A stretch of DNA of 64,000 bases from positions 64,001-128,000 of IMG/VR virus record IMGVR_UViG_3300023110_001773, one strand, 5' to 3'. This DNA comes from a virus. The notes under the pieces are model-generated. The model had not been told where the DNA came from, did no database searches, and worked only from the letters and a program-made list of their open reading frames with translations. The position numbers and the translations under genes were made by a program. How positions within the stretch are numbered: the first letter of the stretch is position 1; every line of letters starts with the position of its first letter. Below are positions 29,668-39,565 of this stretch, one piece after another.

Positions 29668-30101
29668 TCAGAATTAGAGATAGCTTCTTGTAATAAAAGT
29701 GTTGCGTAAGCCTGAACCTCAACAACGGTTTTAGCTTTTCTAAGAAGTTTTTTTAATTCTTTGTTGGGAGATTCTTTGATTAGATCAATCTCAAATGCTT
29801 CAAGTTTCATCTCAAAGAGAGTTTCTTGTTTGATCCGATTGATGTGAACTTCTCTAGCTTCTTCAGCCTTCTTTCGATCTTCATCTAAATTTTCTTCATA
29901 AAGTTTGGTATTCTCATCAAGAACTTCTTCACCAAACTCTTCCATGATATTATCAAAATCTTTATTGACAAGACCCTCTTCTGGGTTGCCAGCATTAATA
30001 TTACATTGATGATATCTTTCTCCGACAAGAATTTCACACCATACTCGGCGAGTTTCTTTATCGACCCATCTAGGATTTTTGTACTTGGGGAGGTCTGACA
30101 T
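29664..30101 (-). CDS. Hypothetical protein (possible fibre chaperone/adaptor)
   Basis: NPRW...RVWCEI N-terminus and helical C-terminus; coupled to the downstream GT gene; GAGG before the ATG at 30101. Confidence 0.5.
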   Translation of the reverse strand: MSDLPKYKNPRWVDKETRRVWCEILVGERYHQCNINAGNPEEGLVNKDFDNIMEEFGEEVLDENTKLYEENLDEDRKKAEEAREVHINRIKQETLFEMKLEAFEIDLIKESPNKELKKLLRKAKTVVEVQAYATLLLQEAISNSE

Positions 30102-30118
30102 AATATTCCTCATAATGT

Positions 30119-30154
30119 AAAAAAATAGTGAGTGTCACCACAACACTCACTATT
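30119..30154 (-). terminator. Hairpin plus U-tract between the Tyr-Gly repeat gene and the modification genes
   Basis: aatagtgagtgt-N7-acactcactatt followed by a T-run on the minus strand. Confidence 0.6.
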
Positions 30155-30169
30155 ATATATGTCAATTGA

Positions 30170-31144
30170 TTAAGCGGTTCTCAAGAAAAGTTGTTTTGTT
30201 TCTTGTGTAGAAGATGAAGACTGAATCGTAGCACCAGCATAGTAACCAGTATATGTACCAGAATAACTACCAGCATAAGACCCGTTTAAATATCCAGAGA
30301 AGAATCTGTCATAGTAACCAGTATATGTACCAGTATAACCACCCGCATAATTTACATTTGTAATATCTTTGAGGTTGTCTGTCATTGTTCCACCCATTTG
30401 AACCCATGTGCCTGGGTCTGTGGGCGAACCAGTCTGAACAAGATATGTTCCTACACCAGAAGAGATAATTCTGTTTCTAAAACTATTATCCAGCGTTTCT
30501 ACATCAGCAACTGACATTTCTGTGACATTACCAAAGTCATCAGATTTTAACAGGAGATTACTATCAGTACCAGCATTAGTGGTAACACCAGTTTTTTGCC
30601 ACAAATAATATGAGACAGTTGTGCCATCTGTCTGAGTATCAGTGATAGTATATCTAGCAGTCCACGTTCCTCCAGCCGGAGAAGATGTGTCAATTTTATA
30701 CTGACCTACAGTATTAGCATCTTCTGATACCATCGCATTAATAACAATATCTAAAATTTCTGTGTCAATTTCTCCATCACTACTTTCTTCTACTCCAGAC
30801 CCATTCCATCTCAAAGGTCTGGTAGGATTTTCTGATAAAACAGTATTCACCTGACCGAAAGTGTTTGTAGTAGTGCTAATAGCGCCACTTGCTGGATGAG
30901 CTCCAACCGATTCCTGTCTCACTCTATCCGAGAAAGAACCAATGTTAGTAACTCCAGCAGAAAGACTTCCAGTAGTTACTACGAGTTCGGCAGTACCAGT
31001 TCCATCAGTATCAGTTGCAAACTTTGATGTAATAACACCAGCAATTTGGTTTGCAATTTCGGTATTAGTAAGCTCACGAAATCCTTGCAAACCATCTGCG
31101 GCAGCTGGATATGAACCTGCTTTTAGTGTTATTGGGCCAGCCAT
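30170..31144 (-). CDS. Virion/fibre protein with C-terminal [Y/F]-x-G-x repeats
   Basis: S/T/G-rich; tail NYAGGYTGTYTGYYDRFFSGYLNGSYAGSYSGTYTGYYAG; exact 24-bp direct repeat at 30238-30261 and 30310-30333. Confidence 0.6.
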   Translation of the reverse strand: MAGPITLKAGSYPAAADGLQGFRELTNTEIANQIAGVITSKFATDTDGTGTAELVVTTGSLSAGVTNIGSFSDRVRQESVGAHPASGAISTTTNTFGQVNTVLSENPTRPLRWNGSGVEESSDGEIDTEILDIVINAMVSEDANTVGQYKIDTSSPAGGTWTARYTITDTQTDGTTVSYYLWQKTGVTTNAGTDSNLLLKSDDFGNVTEMSVADVETLDNSFRNRIISSGVGTYLVQTGSPTDPGTWVQMGGTMTDNLKDITNVNYAGGYTGTYTGYYDRFFSGYLNGSYAGSYSGTYTGYYAGATIQSSSSTQETKQLFLRTA

Positions 31145-31155
31145 CTATAAACTCC

Positions 31156-32001
31156 TTAGTTAATCAATGTACCACTAGAGTTGAACACAGCGAGTCCACG
31201 ATGTCTGATCCAATCTGTAGTATCTTTGCATGTCAAAGTAAATGTTGTATGTGCGGGCAAAGTTACCGCAACGTTAGAACTTCCGCCATTGATCGTATCA
31301 GATGTATTCGGATACAATTTACAATCGGTTGAAGTTGTGTTAGCAACAACAATAGTAAGTCCAGCTGCAGCAGCAGGAAGTTTTACACCCTGAGAAGAAG
31401 AACCAACAGTAGTAATTGCGTTGAAAGTTTCTGTGAGTGCAGTAGCATCTCCTTGGGAAGTACCAGCAGAAGAAACAGAAGCAGTTACACCAACCTTCAA
31501 GTCTCCAAGAAGTGAAGCAGTACCATTGATAGTAAAGTCTTCCACGTTGTTACCACCAGAACCTACCTGTTGCCAAGCACCAGTTCCAGTACCAACAAAC
31601 TCAGAACCATTGTCTGTCACCAGTTCAACGGCTGCGTTTGCGGCGCCACCATCAATGGTCTCAGTAGAAGTGGGATAAACTTTGATAGTAGCACCACTAG
31701 TATTGTAGATATTGATGATCAAACCAGCAGCAGCTGAGGGAAGTACAACACCTTGATTCGCAGAAGCGGTTTCGACAATATTATAAGTTTTTGTGATTGC
31801 AGTTGCAGTTCCCTGAGTAGTACCAGCAGCTGTAACAGAAGCAGCAATGCCAAATGTTACATTTCCAGTAGCACTTAGAGTACCAAAAGAAGCGTTATCA
31901 CCAGACTCATATTTGTCGTTGTTTAGGTTGGTAAAGTTTGTATCCACTTCGGTGTTAGTAAGTGGAGACCCTTTTGCTGACCTTAAAGTAATCGTAGCCA
32001 T
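31156..32001 (-). CDS. Fibre protein with two tandem ~95-aa domains
   Basis: N-terminal ITLR..KGSPLT..EVD.NF; the motif ASV..AGT.QG.ATA...QGV.LP.AAAG...YP...TI.GG occurs twice. Confidence 0.65.
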   Translation of the reverse strand: MATITLRSAKGSPLTNTEVDTNFTNLNNDKYESGDNASFGTLSATGNVTFGIAASVTAAGTTQGTATAITKTYNIVETASANQGVVLPSAAAGLIINIYNTSGATIKVYPTSTETIDGGAANAAVELVTDNGSEFVGTGTGAWQQVGSGGNNVEDFTINGTASLLGDLKVGVTASVSSAGTSQGDATALTETFNAITTVGSSSQGVKLPAAAAGLTIVVANTTSTDCKLYPNTSDTINGGSSNVAVTLPAHTTFTLTCKDTTDWIRHRGLAVFNSSGTLIN

Positions 32002-32009
32002 TTTAGTCC

Positions 32010-32258
32010 CTATCTGTCATTTTTGTTGTAAGAATTTAAAAACGTGCTCAAGAGGTTTTTCATTTCTTTGAGTTCTTCTTTCAAACTATTTATATCATTT
32101 GACATTTCGGAAATTTGTTTTTTTCCTCTAATGTCAGAAGCTATTTTTCTTTTATATCGTTGAAGACCAGCGTGATCCACAGATAAAAGAGCACCAGAAT
32201 GAGGGTCTCTGGTATACTGTTCCGAAGATACTTCGTTATCCATCATTGGTCTATTCAT
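32010..32258 (-). CDS. Small conserved protein downstream of the large baseplate protein
   Basis: RDPHSGALL...I.SLK.EL.EMK.LL; likely start at 32258, 5 nt after TATAAATA (32264-32271). Confidence 0.6.
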   Translation of the reverse strand: MNRPMMDNEVSSEQYTRDPHSGALLSVDHAGLQRYKRKIASDIRGKKQISEMSNDINSLKEELKEMKNLLSTFLNSYNKNDR

Positions 32259-32275
32259 TGACTTATTTATACTCA

Positions 32276-35200
32276 TTACACTGCACCAGCCTGACAAGCA
32301 ATCATTCTAAGTTGTTTTGCTTTTGGCACTAAAGAAGTATTTTCTGCACAGAAAACGATCTTACACTGGAAATATTTGAATTGAACAAATTCTGCTGTAT
32401 CTATTGTTGCAGTCATTGTAGCCTGTGTACCACGATATTGCCAAGTAATAGTACCATCGGTAGCAGTACCACTGGTATGAGTAGGTTCGGAACCAGACAC
32501 AGCAGCAGTTATACCTCCAACAATTGCTTCATATGTGTTTCCACCGTAAGCAACCAATTGACCAGTTTGATACGTCTCAGCAAGTTCATGTTCGTATCCA
32601 ACTTGAATAGTAGGAGCAACGCCATTATATCCAGAGCCTGGGTTTACAATTTCCACTTCATTTATTGCACCAGAACTCAAAGATTTTATTGCTACATCAC
32701 CACCCCCAGATATGAAAAGAGGAACCTCTTGAATAGAAGCATAACCACTGCCGCTGTTAGTAATAGTAACAGCAGAAATCCTATCAGTGTTATAAGAAAA
32801 CTTTCCTTCAGCATTTAAAGCAGAACTGGGAAGTTTGTAATCCAAATCAATAAATGAAGTTTTTGCAGCAGGAGCTCCATTTGGATTTGCTTCATCATAT
32901 TCCATTTCAATCCAATTTAATTCTCTCCTAATATCAGAATCATCATGTGGGTGCAATCCTCTAAAGTATACTTTTGCACTAGACCCAGGCGGAGTAAACA
33001 GAGAAACAGAAAGTTTTATGTCGTCCGCTTCCTGACCATCAGCGAGTCTAACTATCTTACTGATAAATCTGGATTTAGCCTGACCACCCAAAGGAGTTTC
33101 TTCATCAGTAAAAGTATTATTAATAACGTTTTCTCGTACAATAGCAGAAAATCTAGAAGGATTTAGAATTGGAGATACATTTGGATTCGTATTAGTCAGA
33201 ACAACATGATGTCTATAACTCTTCTTAGACCAAATATCAGTACCAGTAAATCCTAATTCTTCACTCAAAGAGTAAATAGCTGCTTCTCTGGAAGTGTCGG
33301 TAAATAGAGTTGGTGTCATGTTTACGAATTCATTTCCACGAGTATTCGTACCAGTGGAGTTTGTGACGGCTCTGCCAATAGCTATATCGGTTTCAATAAA
33401 CTCTTTTACAGTCATTGATGTTCTAGATGTATTAATAATCTTTTTGAGTCCAGCCTGTTGAATATACATGGACTTCCTATTCACTTGATCACACCACCAA
33501 AGTTCATCTGCTCTTGGCAACAAAGTGGTGTCTCCGTCAACAAGAATATCATCTACATCAAACAAGTTGGTAGATTCTGGTAAAATGAAATCGTATCTAT
33601 TTTTTTGATTATCAATCTTTTTCATTCTCATTGATTTGATTGAAAGATTTATTTCAAATCCAGCTCCGCCTCCACTAGTTGTGGATTGTATGAAAGTATT
33701 GTTTGATCCATCGGTAGAACCAAATGTATAGGGTTTCGCCTCAAATGAGTCTTTTGATCCATCGTGATACTGTATCGGTTTTACAGCAGTAACAACACCA
33801 CCACCAGTACCCAGACCACTGTCAATCTCGGTTACCTCAAATATGATACCCTTTGGACATCTGTTTCTAGATGTATCAAGAGTTATGGTATCTCCGACTG
33901 CGTAATTGACACCACCTTCATTGATAGTGTGGTTGAAACTATACCAAGTTCCAGGCCTAGATGGGTCTGGTTTTCCTCCAGTGAATTCTTCACCGATCAC
34001 AAATTCTGCGTGTTCGTTGACAACTTCTACCGTACCAGTACCAGTGGGGAAAGTATTAGCATACATAACAAACTTGATGTCTTCACCTTGGTGTGGTGTC
34101 CACGTTCTGTTGTTAGAAGAAGTAAACAACATACCACTGTATGTTTCATCAGCGGTAACTCTATCCGATTGAGTACCAATCTTATTTTCGCCTAACTTAG
34201 ATACCCAAATATTGTAATTCGGGTTGTTGTTTTGTGGCAACAGTACAAATGCATACTCTTCTGTTGGGTCTAATACAACTGGTCTACCATTGATGTTACT
34301 GTTTTGACCAGTGACTCCCACGGCGTAAGTTTGATCTCCAAAATAGAATGTAGTAGCGTATTGCGCCCTAAAATCAAAATTGGTTGCATTACCACCAGAA
34401 ATATCTGGTGTAGTTTTTACTGCCTGATGCGACAAAGTACATGTACCTAAAATTTCTTTGGTCGGATATCCGTTCAGACACTTTCTTATTTCCATTGTAA
34501 TACCGCCAATGGTGGGCTGAACAACACCAGTACCAGTACCAGCCTGAGTTGCGGTAAATATTGTACCCACATCACTACTAGATGCTCCAACATCAGCCCA
34601 ATCGGTGTTTCCAGATTCTACAATTTTATATGATCTGCCAATTTTGAGTTCTGTAGCCGATACGTCAGAAAACAGAAGAGTTTCTGGCAAAGTTACTCCA
34701 TCTTTTTCGCCTGGTCTTTCTCTAAAGAATACTTTTACCTGAGACAAGAAAACTGGCGTAGGAGAATTCTCAACAGTGAAAGATTGAGCTATTGGATCAC
34801 CAAACTGCCTAGGTGGATGGAAAATAAATTGCGGTTGAGTAACATCGATGTTAGCTTCTAGGTCGTCAATAGATACATTTATTTCTGCATTGGTGTTTTT
34901 CACATCAGTAACAACAGTACCTACAGTAGAAGTTCCACCATCTACGGCTGTAGTGCCATACTCTACTGTATAAATTTCAGCAGTCAAACTAACTTCTTGA
35001 GTTGCTTGATGCAAACCAAAAGCGGAGTATTGATTTTCTGCTTGAGTGGTAATAAAGTTATCTCTGTTTTGAGGATCGTCTACTACCCAGATTCTTCTGG
35101 TTCCCACTGGGAATCTATTGCCAGGCAAATCAAGTATGAAGGCAGCATCTCCGCCTTCATTCGTAATAATATCTGTTCTGATAGTTGGTGGATATATACA

Positions 35201-38200
35201 CTGTTCAAATACAGAACCATCTCCCTGAGACCCAGATGCCCAGACCGAAGTAAGACTATCAAATCCACTATTTAGCGATTCTGTTTCGTCTGTAGTGTCA
35301 ATATAATCTTCTACATATGCGGGAGCACAAAACTCAGTAACATTATCATTATCAAAGTAAACATACAATCTGGTGTTTGGTTTCATTGCTGTAACACGAA
35401 CACCAATTTTTTTGTTTCTCATGTAAGGAAGTAGACTTACATCTCTAACAACATTACCAATATTAAATTCAAGAGAACCGGCAGATGTAGCAGAAGCATT
35501 CAACAAATAGTTAGTAGTTGAAGCTTGAATGTCTTGTGTAGTTACAATTTGGTCATAACTACCATTTACATTAACCTCACCAGAGATAGAAACATCTATC
35601 TGTCCCTCACCAACCTGTTCCCACATACCTCCACCACCAACAGGAACCATTGTTTGCGGGAATCCACCAGTTATGGGAGCATCAGCTGAGACTTGGAATG
35701 AACCGTCATTCCCTTGAGTGATGTCAACTGTGTTGGTTGTCTGGTTACTTGCCCCTGGCACGAATTGTTGTGAGGGGTTACAAGGAGTACCAGTATTTAC
35801 AACAGCACCCATTTCAAAAGTAGTACTAGAACCAACAATGTTTTGTGATGCATTGACACTAGCTGCAACCGCCTGAGCACCAGCTTGGTTACTAGCAGTC
35901 AAGTTCATTGGTTGTAGGTTTGATGTTTCTGCCCAGTTATCCGATCTGGGGAACAACTCCATTTTACCAGTGTAGTTAAACAATAGTTCACCAACACAAT
36001 TTCTAGTTTTTGTGGCAAATCTGTTTTCTAAAAGATCAGCTATTTCATATGGTCGTGTGATATGTTGTCCCATATAAGACCAACCACTATTTCCATAGTT
36101 GGCATTCAACATCAAGGATATTTCCGACTCATCAAAGTTTGGCGCCATCTCTTTTTTCATAGAGTTGTAAGCAGCATTGTAAGTTGGATCAGCGATATCA
36201 CTTAGTAGATCACTGTCAAATGGGTTTACATATATACCATTTTTAAATCTATCGTTATTATTTGCGTCTAGGATAACCTTATCTTTTGCAGCCATTTCCA
36301 TAAGAGACAGTGCTAGGTAATATTCCAGCCTACCAATTCTCTTTTCGATGGCACCAATATCCTTCATTGTATATCTTCTTGTTTGTCCCTTCAAGAAGAA
36401 ACCAACAGATTTTTCTACTACTCCAAACTTAACAGCAAGATTTCTAGCTATAGATGGATATGGAGGAATCCTAATCTCAGCGATTTGCATCCCCTCTTTC
36501 AATACGGGGGGTCTAGAGGGTATGTCAGAAACACCCTCTACTATTTTCATCGTTCCATTTTTACTAATATAAAGTCTATCTGTTCTTGGCAGATAATACT
36601 CAACATCGGTAGTAAATGGAGTAGACGTAATCGGGTACTGAATTCCGTTTGTTGGGAGTTCTAGTTCCTCTGTCTTGTATGGATTCTGTGTTGCAGCTGC
36701 AAGAATGCTCGCAGAAACAGCAGTATTTTTTACATATGGTCTAAAGTCAATACAGTCTCGCAGATCATAAGTACCAAGTTTTTGTGATCTGTAATATGGA
36801 ATTTCAAATGTGTATATTCCAGTAGAACCAGTATCATCTACTGGATACGAATCAACGGCAAAGTATGTTCCGTTTGAACTGCTATAGTCTGGAACAAAGT
36901 GACTTAATTTAACTGTAATATACTTGTTAGTAGTATTGAGAGTTGAACTGCCCTTTTTAACTAATTGGGCGTGGCCATAATAGCTATCTCGCTGGCCATT
37001 ATCCAAAACAAATTCGTCTTTGAAATCAACTGGATCATCGTCATCATCCAAATATGCATTGTTATCTGAATCTGTGATATAAACCGATACTATTTCCTTC
37101 ACATCTGTAATACCAAGACCCCACGGGCCATTAGCTCCACCGGCATTATCATTTGTACGAATTTTGACGTATCTATTAATATTGTAGTTTTTCTGAACTG
37201 GTTCAGCATCAACCACTTTCAATTTTACTTGAATGTAAAGATCAACAGCTCCACTTACGGTTCCAAGGTCAAAGTCCATCTGTTGAGTGGTATGTCCAAC
37301 TACCATTGATGGAGTGAGTCTAACCTGTTGTCCGGCCGAATAGGCAGTGCCATTAATAGTGACAACATTTTTGGTAACTACATAGAAAGAATTGTCCAAC
37401 TCTCCTTGTGTGGGAGAACTAGAATAGGGTAGGGTTACTTCTGATCCCAAGGAAGAAGTTGAAATCTCAAAAGTTCCATCACCGAGAGTTGAAATATTAA
37501 ATTCTTCGGTGTAATAATACTGCGTATCGAGAGTACCAGCACCAGCAGCATATAGAGTTTTAGTTGCCATCCAAGATACTGGGAACACCATTCTATTTTG
37601 TTGCGATGCCTGTAAGAAGGCAGAATCCCCTAATCCGTCTCCGTTTAAATCATAGAGAAGTAAATCGGCAACACCGTTGTTTCCGTTGGGATCATTATAG
37701 AAAAGAACTCTAGCATCTTTGAGATCACCTCCACGAAGTTTTACATCATAAACAAAAATTCGGTGTACAGCACTAGCTGTTCCAATAGTTCCACCAATGT
37801 GTTTTACACTGCGAACTCTACACGTTCCGAGAACGGTGGCAGGAGCAGAAGTAGAACCAAAAGAACCACTGCCATAATTGTTTGGATCACCGTCCCCAGT
37901 AGCAGCGTAAGCTGGACTTAGGTTCGGACTAACCCCATAGTGTCCAAGTTGTACTTGAGCGCCTTGTTCTAAGTTCCAATTACCAACAACTTCAACACAA
38001 TCGAAAAAATTACCATAAGACAAAGAGACATCTAACGCTTCTTGAATTTTTGTTGACGTTCCTTTTCTTATTTTGACATAATTGTTTTGTATGAACTCTC
38101 TGCGATACCCGTCAACATAAGCAATGCCTGGGGATACCTTAGCAACTACAAAGTTTGGATCGCCTGGGTCTGTTGCATCGGTTGCATAATGATATCCATC

Positions 38201-39556
38201 ATTGTCAATTCTATAGGAGTCTCCACGGTATTGAAAAACAACACTTCCAGAAGTTGCAGTGCCTTCGGTGTGGGTTGGTGGAATTGTATGATCAGAGGTG
38301 CCATTACCATTGACTACCTCGTAGAGATTTCCATTGTGGTTTACAAATGTTCCTCTAGCAAAAGACTCATCAGTGCTAAGGTTAAAAGTAACGCCCCTTA
38401 CGGTTCTAAGGTGTTCGATGATTTCTAACGTGAATGGATTAATAACATAATCACCAGATTCTTCACTGGTTCTTCTAGCTAAAGTTTTTCCTAGTTCAGA
38501 AAGTTCTTTTAATTCTTCATTTAGTTTTTTCTGAAGTCTTCCGTTTACAATTTTATAAACAGAAGTAAAATTTTCTGGAAATTCATAATAGGTAAATTCT
38601 ACGGAACCACTTGTTACGGAACCAGAAAGATGTACTGGAGCTCCATCACTAGAAGGAGAAGTACCAGCAGAAGTAACCTCGTAAATATTTCCTTCGTAAG
38701 CAACATGGTCACCAAGTTTGTAGAAAGTACTATTAGCGTATTCACTACCAAAAGGAACCTTTGTAAGTGTGGTAGTAATTTTTGTTCTATCTGCGCCAGG
38801 TGCATTATAATTAAATGCGCCAGTAGCTGGATCAAGAAGAGTGCCATCGTCATCAGATGTTACAATTTCTTCGTTTAGAACTACACCCAGAAAGTAGTTG
38901 ACTTTTGCTGTATATGGGTCTAATCTAATTTTCTGTGTTTCGTGTTTAATAAAACGACCTTGTGCATACAATACGCCTTCTGGCATACTGAAGTCCAAGA
39001 TCATACCATAAAAGTTGTTTGTGAAACTGGTTAAATCAGTATCAGTATTTACAACAAATGTATCACCATTTCTATCAGAATTTGTACTTACAACAGTAAG
39101 GGTTTCTCCAGAATCAAATCTTTTATTGATACCGTCTCCCCTGAGTTCTTCGTTCCCCTTCACATACTGAAGGTAGATAACTTTTTTGTCGGTAACTTCT
39201 GTTTGAACGCCAGTTTTTACATCGTAGACAATCGCTTCTATACCAGTCGTAGAACCTACAAGTTTGTCACCAATATAATTTGCAAGAGTATCATTTGAGA
39301 CCGTACTTCCGTTTGAGTCCGTATCGTTGATCTTCACATAATCAACAATTAGGGGTTCTGCCTCGCAACCACGAACAGCTGCACCATCTACAAATACATA
39401 ATCAGCAAAATCTTTTATGGTTTCATAAAAATAATCTTGCATCTGTGTAAGTTCACGAGCCTGAACAGCAACGCCAGGCTTAAAGACAACTCGATTGAAT
39501 TTTTTATTCGGATCGAAATCGTCATAATATGGAGATACGTTTAGATTAATTGCCAT
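32276..39556 (-). CDS. Large virion structural protein, DUF4815/VrlC-like
   Basis: NLNVSPYYDDFD...VFKPG.AVQARELTQ.Q, DPATG.FNY.APGADR, LARRT.EESGDY, YYLPR.D, YTMKDIG.IEKRI..LEYY, DPIAQSF. Confidence 0.85.
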   Translation of the reverse strand: MAINLNVSPYYDDFDPNKKFNRVVFKPGVAVQARELTQMQDYFYETIKDFADYVFVDGAAVRGCEAEPLIVDYVKINDTDSNGSTVSNDTLANYIGDKLVGSTTGIEAIVYDVKTGVQTEVTDKKVIYLQYVKGNEELRGDGINKRFDSGETLTVVSTNSDRNGDTFVVNTDTDLTSFTNNFYGMILDFSMPEGVLYAQGRFIKHETQKIRLDPYTAKVNYFLGVVLNEEIVTSDDDGTLLDPATGAFNYNAPGADRTKITTTLTKVPFGSEYANSTFYKLGDHVAYEGNIYEVTSAGTSPSSDGAPVHLSGSVTSGSVEFTYYEFPENFTSVYKIVNGRLQKKLNEELKELSELGKTLARRTSEESGDYVINPFTLEIIEHLRTVRGVTFNLSTDESFARGTFVNHNGNLYEVVNGNGTSDHTIPPTHTEGTATSGSVVFQYRGDSYRIDNDGYHYATDATDPGDPNFVVAKVSPGIAYVDGYRREFIQNNYVKIRKGTSTKIQEALDVSLSYGNFFDCVEVVGNWNLEQGAQVQLGHYGVSPNLSPAYAATGDGDPNNYGSGSFGSTSAPATVLGTCRVRSVKHIGGTIGTASAVHRIFVYDVKLRGGDLKDARVLFYNDPNGNNGVADLLLYDLNGDGLGDSAFLQASQQNRMVFPVSWMATKTLYAAGAGTLDTQYYYTEEFNISTLGDGTFEISTSSLGSEVTLPYSSSPTQGELDNSFYVVTKNVVTINGTAYSAGQQVRLTPSMVVGHTTQQMDFDLGTVSGAVDLYIQVKLKVVDAEPVQKNYNINRYVKIRTNDNAGGANGPWGLGITDVKEIVSVYITDSDNNAYLDDDDDPVDFKDEFVLDNGQRDSYYGHAQLVKKGSSTLNTTNKYITVKLSHFVPDYSSSNGTYFAVDSYPVDDTGSTGIYTFEIPYYRSQKLGTYDLRDCIDFRPYVKNTAVSASILAAATQNPYKTEELELPTNGIQYPITSTPFTTDVEYYLPRTDRLYISKNGTMKIVEGVSDIPSRPPVLKEGMQIAEIRIPPYPSIARNLAVKFGVVEKSVGFFLKGQTRRYTMKDIGAIEKRIGRLEYYLALSLMEMAAKDKVILDANNNDRFKNGIYVNPFDSDLLSDIADPTYNAAYNSMKKEMAPNFDESEISLMLNANYGNSGWSYMGQHITRPYEIADLLENRFATKTRNCVGELLFNYTGKMELFPRSDNWAETSNLQPMNLTASNQAGAQAVAASVNASQNIVGSSTTFEMGAVVNTGTPCNPSQQFVPGASNQTTNTVDITQGNDGSFQVSADAPITGGFPQTMVPVGGGGMWEQVGEGQIDVSISGEVNVNGSYDQIVTTQDIQASTTNYLLNASATSAGSLEFNIGNVVRDVSLLPYMRNKKIGVRVTAMKPNTRLYVYFDNDNVTEFCAPAYVEDYIDTTDETESLNSGFDSLTSVWASGSQGDGSVFEQCIYPPTIRTDIITNEGGDAAFILDLPGNRFPVGTRRIWVVDDPQNRDNFITTQAENQYSAFGLHQATQEVSLTAEIYTVEYGTTAVDGGTSTVGTVVTDVKNTNAEINVSIDDLEANIDVTQPQFIFHPPRQFGDPIAQSFTVENSPTPVFLSQVKVFFRERPGEKDGVTLPETLLFSDVSATELKIGRSYKIVESGNTDWADVGASSSDVGTIFTATQAGTGTGVVQPTIGGITMEIRKCLNGYPTKEILGTCTLSHQAVKTTPDISGGNATNFDFRAQYATTFYFGDQTYAVGVTGQNSNINGRPVVLDPTEEYAFVLLPQNNNPNYNIWVSKLGENKIGTQSDRVTADETYSGMLFTSSNNRTWTPHQGEDIKFVMYANTFPTGTGTVEVVNEHAEFVIGEEFTGGKPDPSRPGTWYSFNHTINEGGVNYAVGDTITLDTSRNRCPKGIIFEVTEIDSGLGTGGGVVTAVKPIQYHDGSKDSFEAKPYTFGSTDGSNNTFIQSTTSGGGAGFEINLSIKSMRMKKIDNQKNRYDFILPESTNLFDVDDILVDGDTTLLPRADELWWCDQVNRKSMYIQQAGLKKIINTSRTSMTVKEFIETDIAIGRAVTNSTGTNTRGNEFVNMTPTLFTDTSREAAIYSLSEELGFTGTDIWSKKSYRHHVVLTNTNPNVSPILNPSRFSAIVRENVINNTFTDEETPLGGQAKSRFISKIVRLADGQEADDIKLSVSLFTPPGSSAKVYFRGLHPHDDSDIRRELNWIEMEYDEANPNGAPAAKTSFIDLDYKLPSSALNAEGKFSYNTDRISAVTITNSGSGYASIQEVPLFISGGGDVAIKSLSSGAINEVEIVNPGSGYNGVAPTIQVGYEHELAETYQTGQLVAYGGNTYEAIVGGITAAVSGSEPTHTSGTATDGTITWQYRGTQATMTATIDTAEFVQFKYFQCKIVFCAENTSLVPKAKQLRMIACQAGAV

Positions 39557-39565
39557 CTTTTTTCC

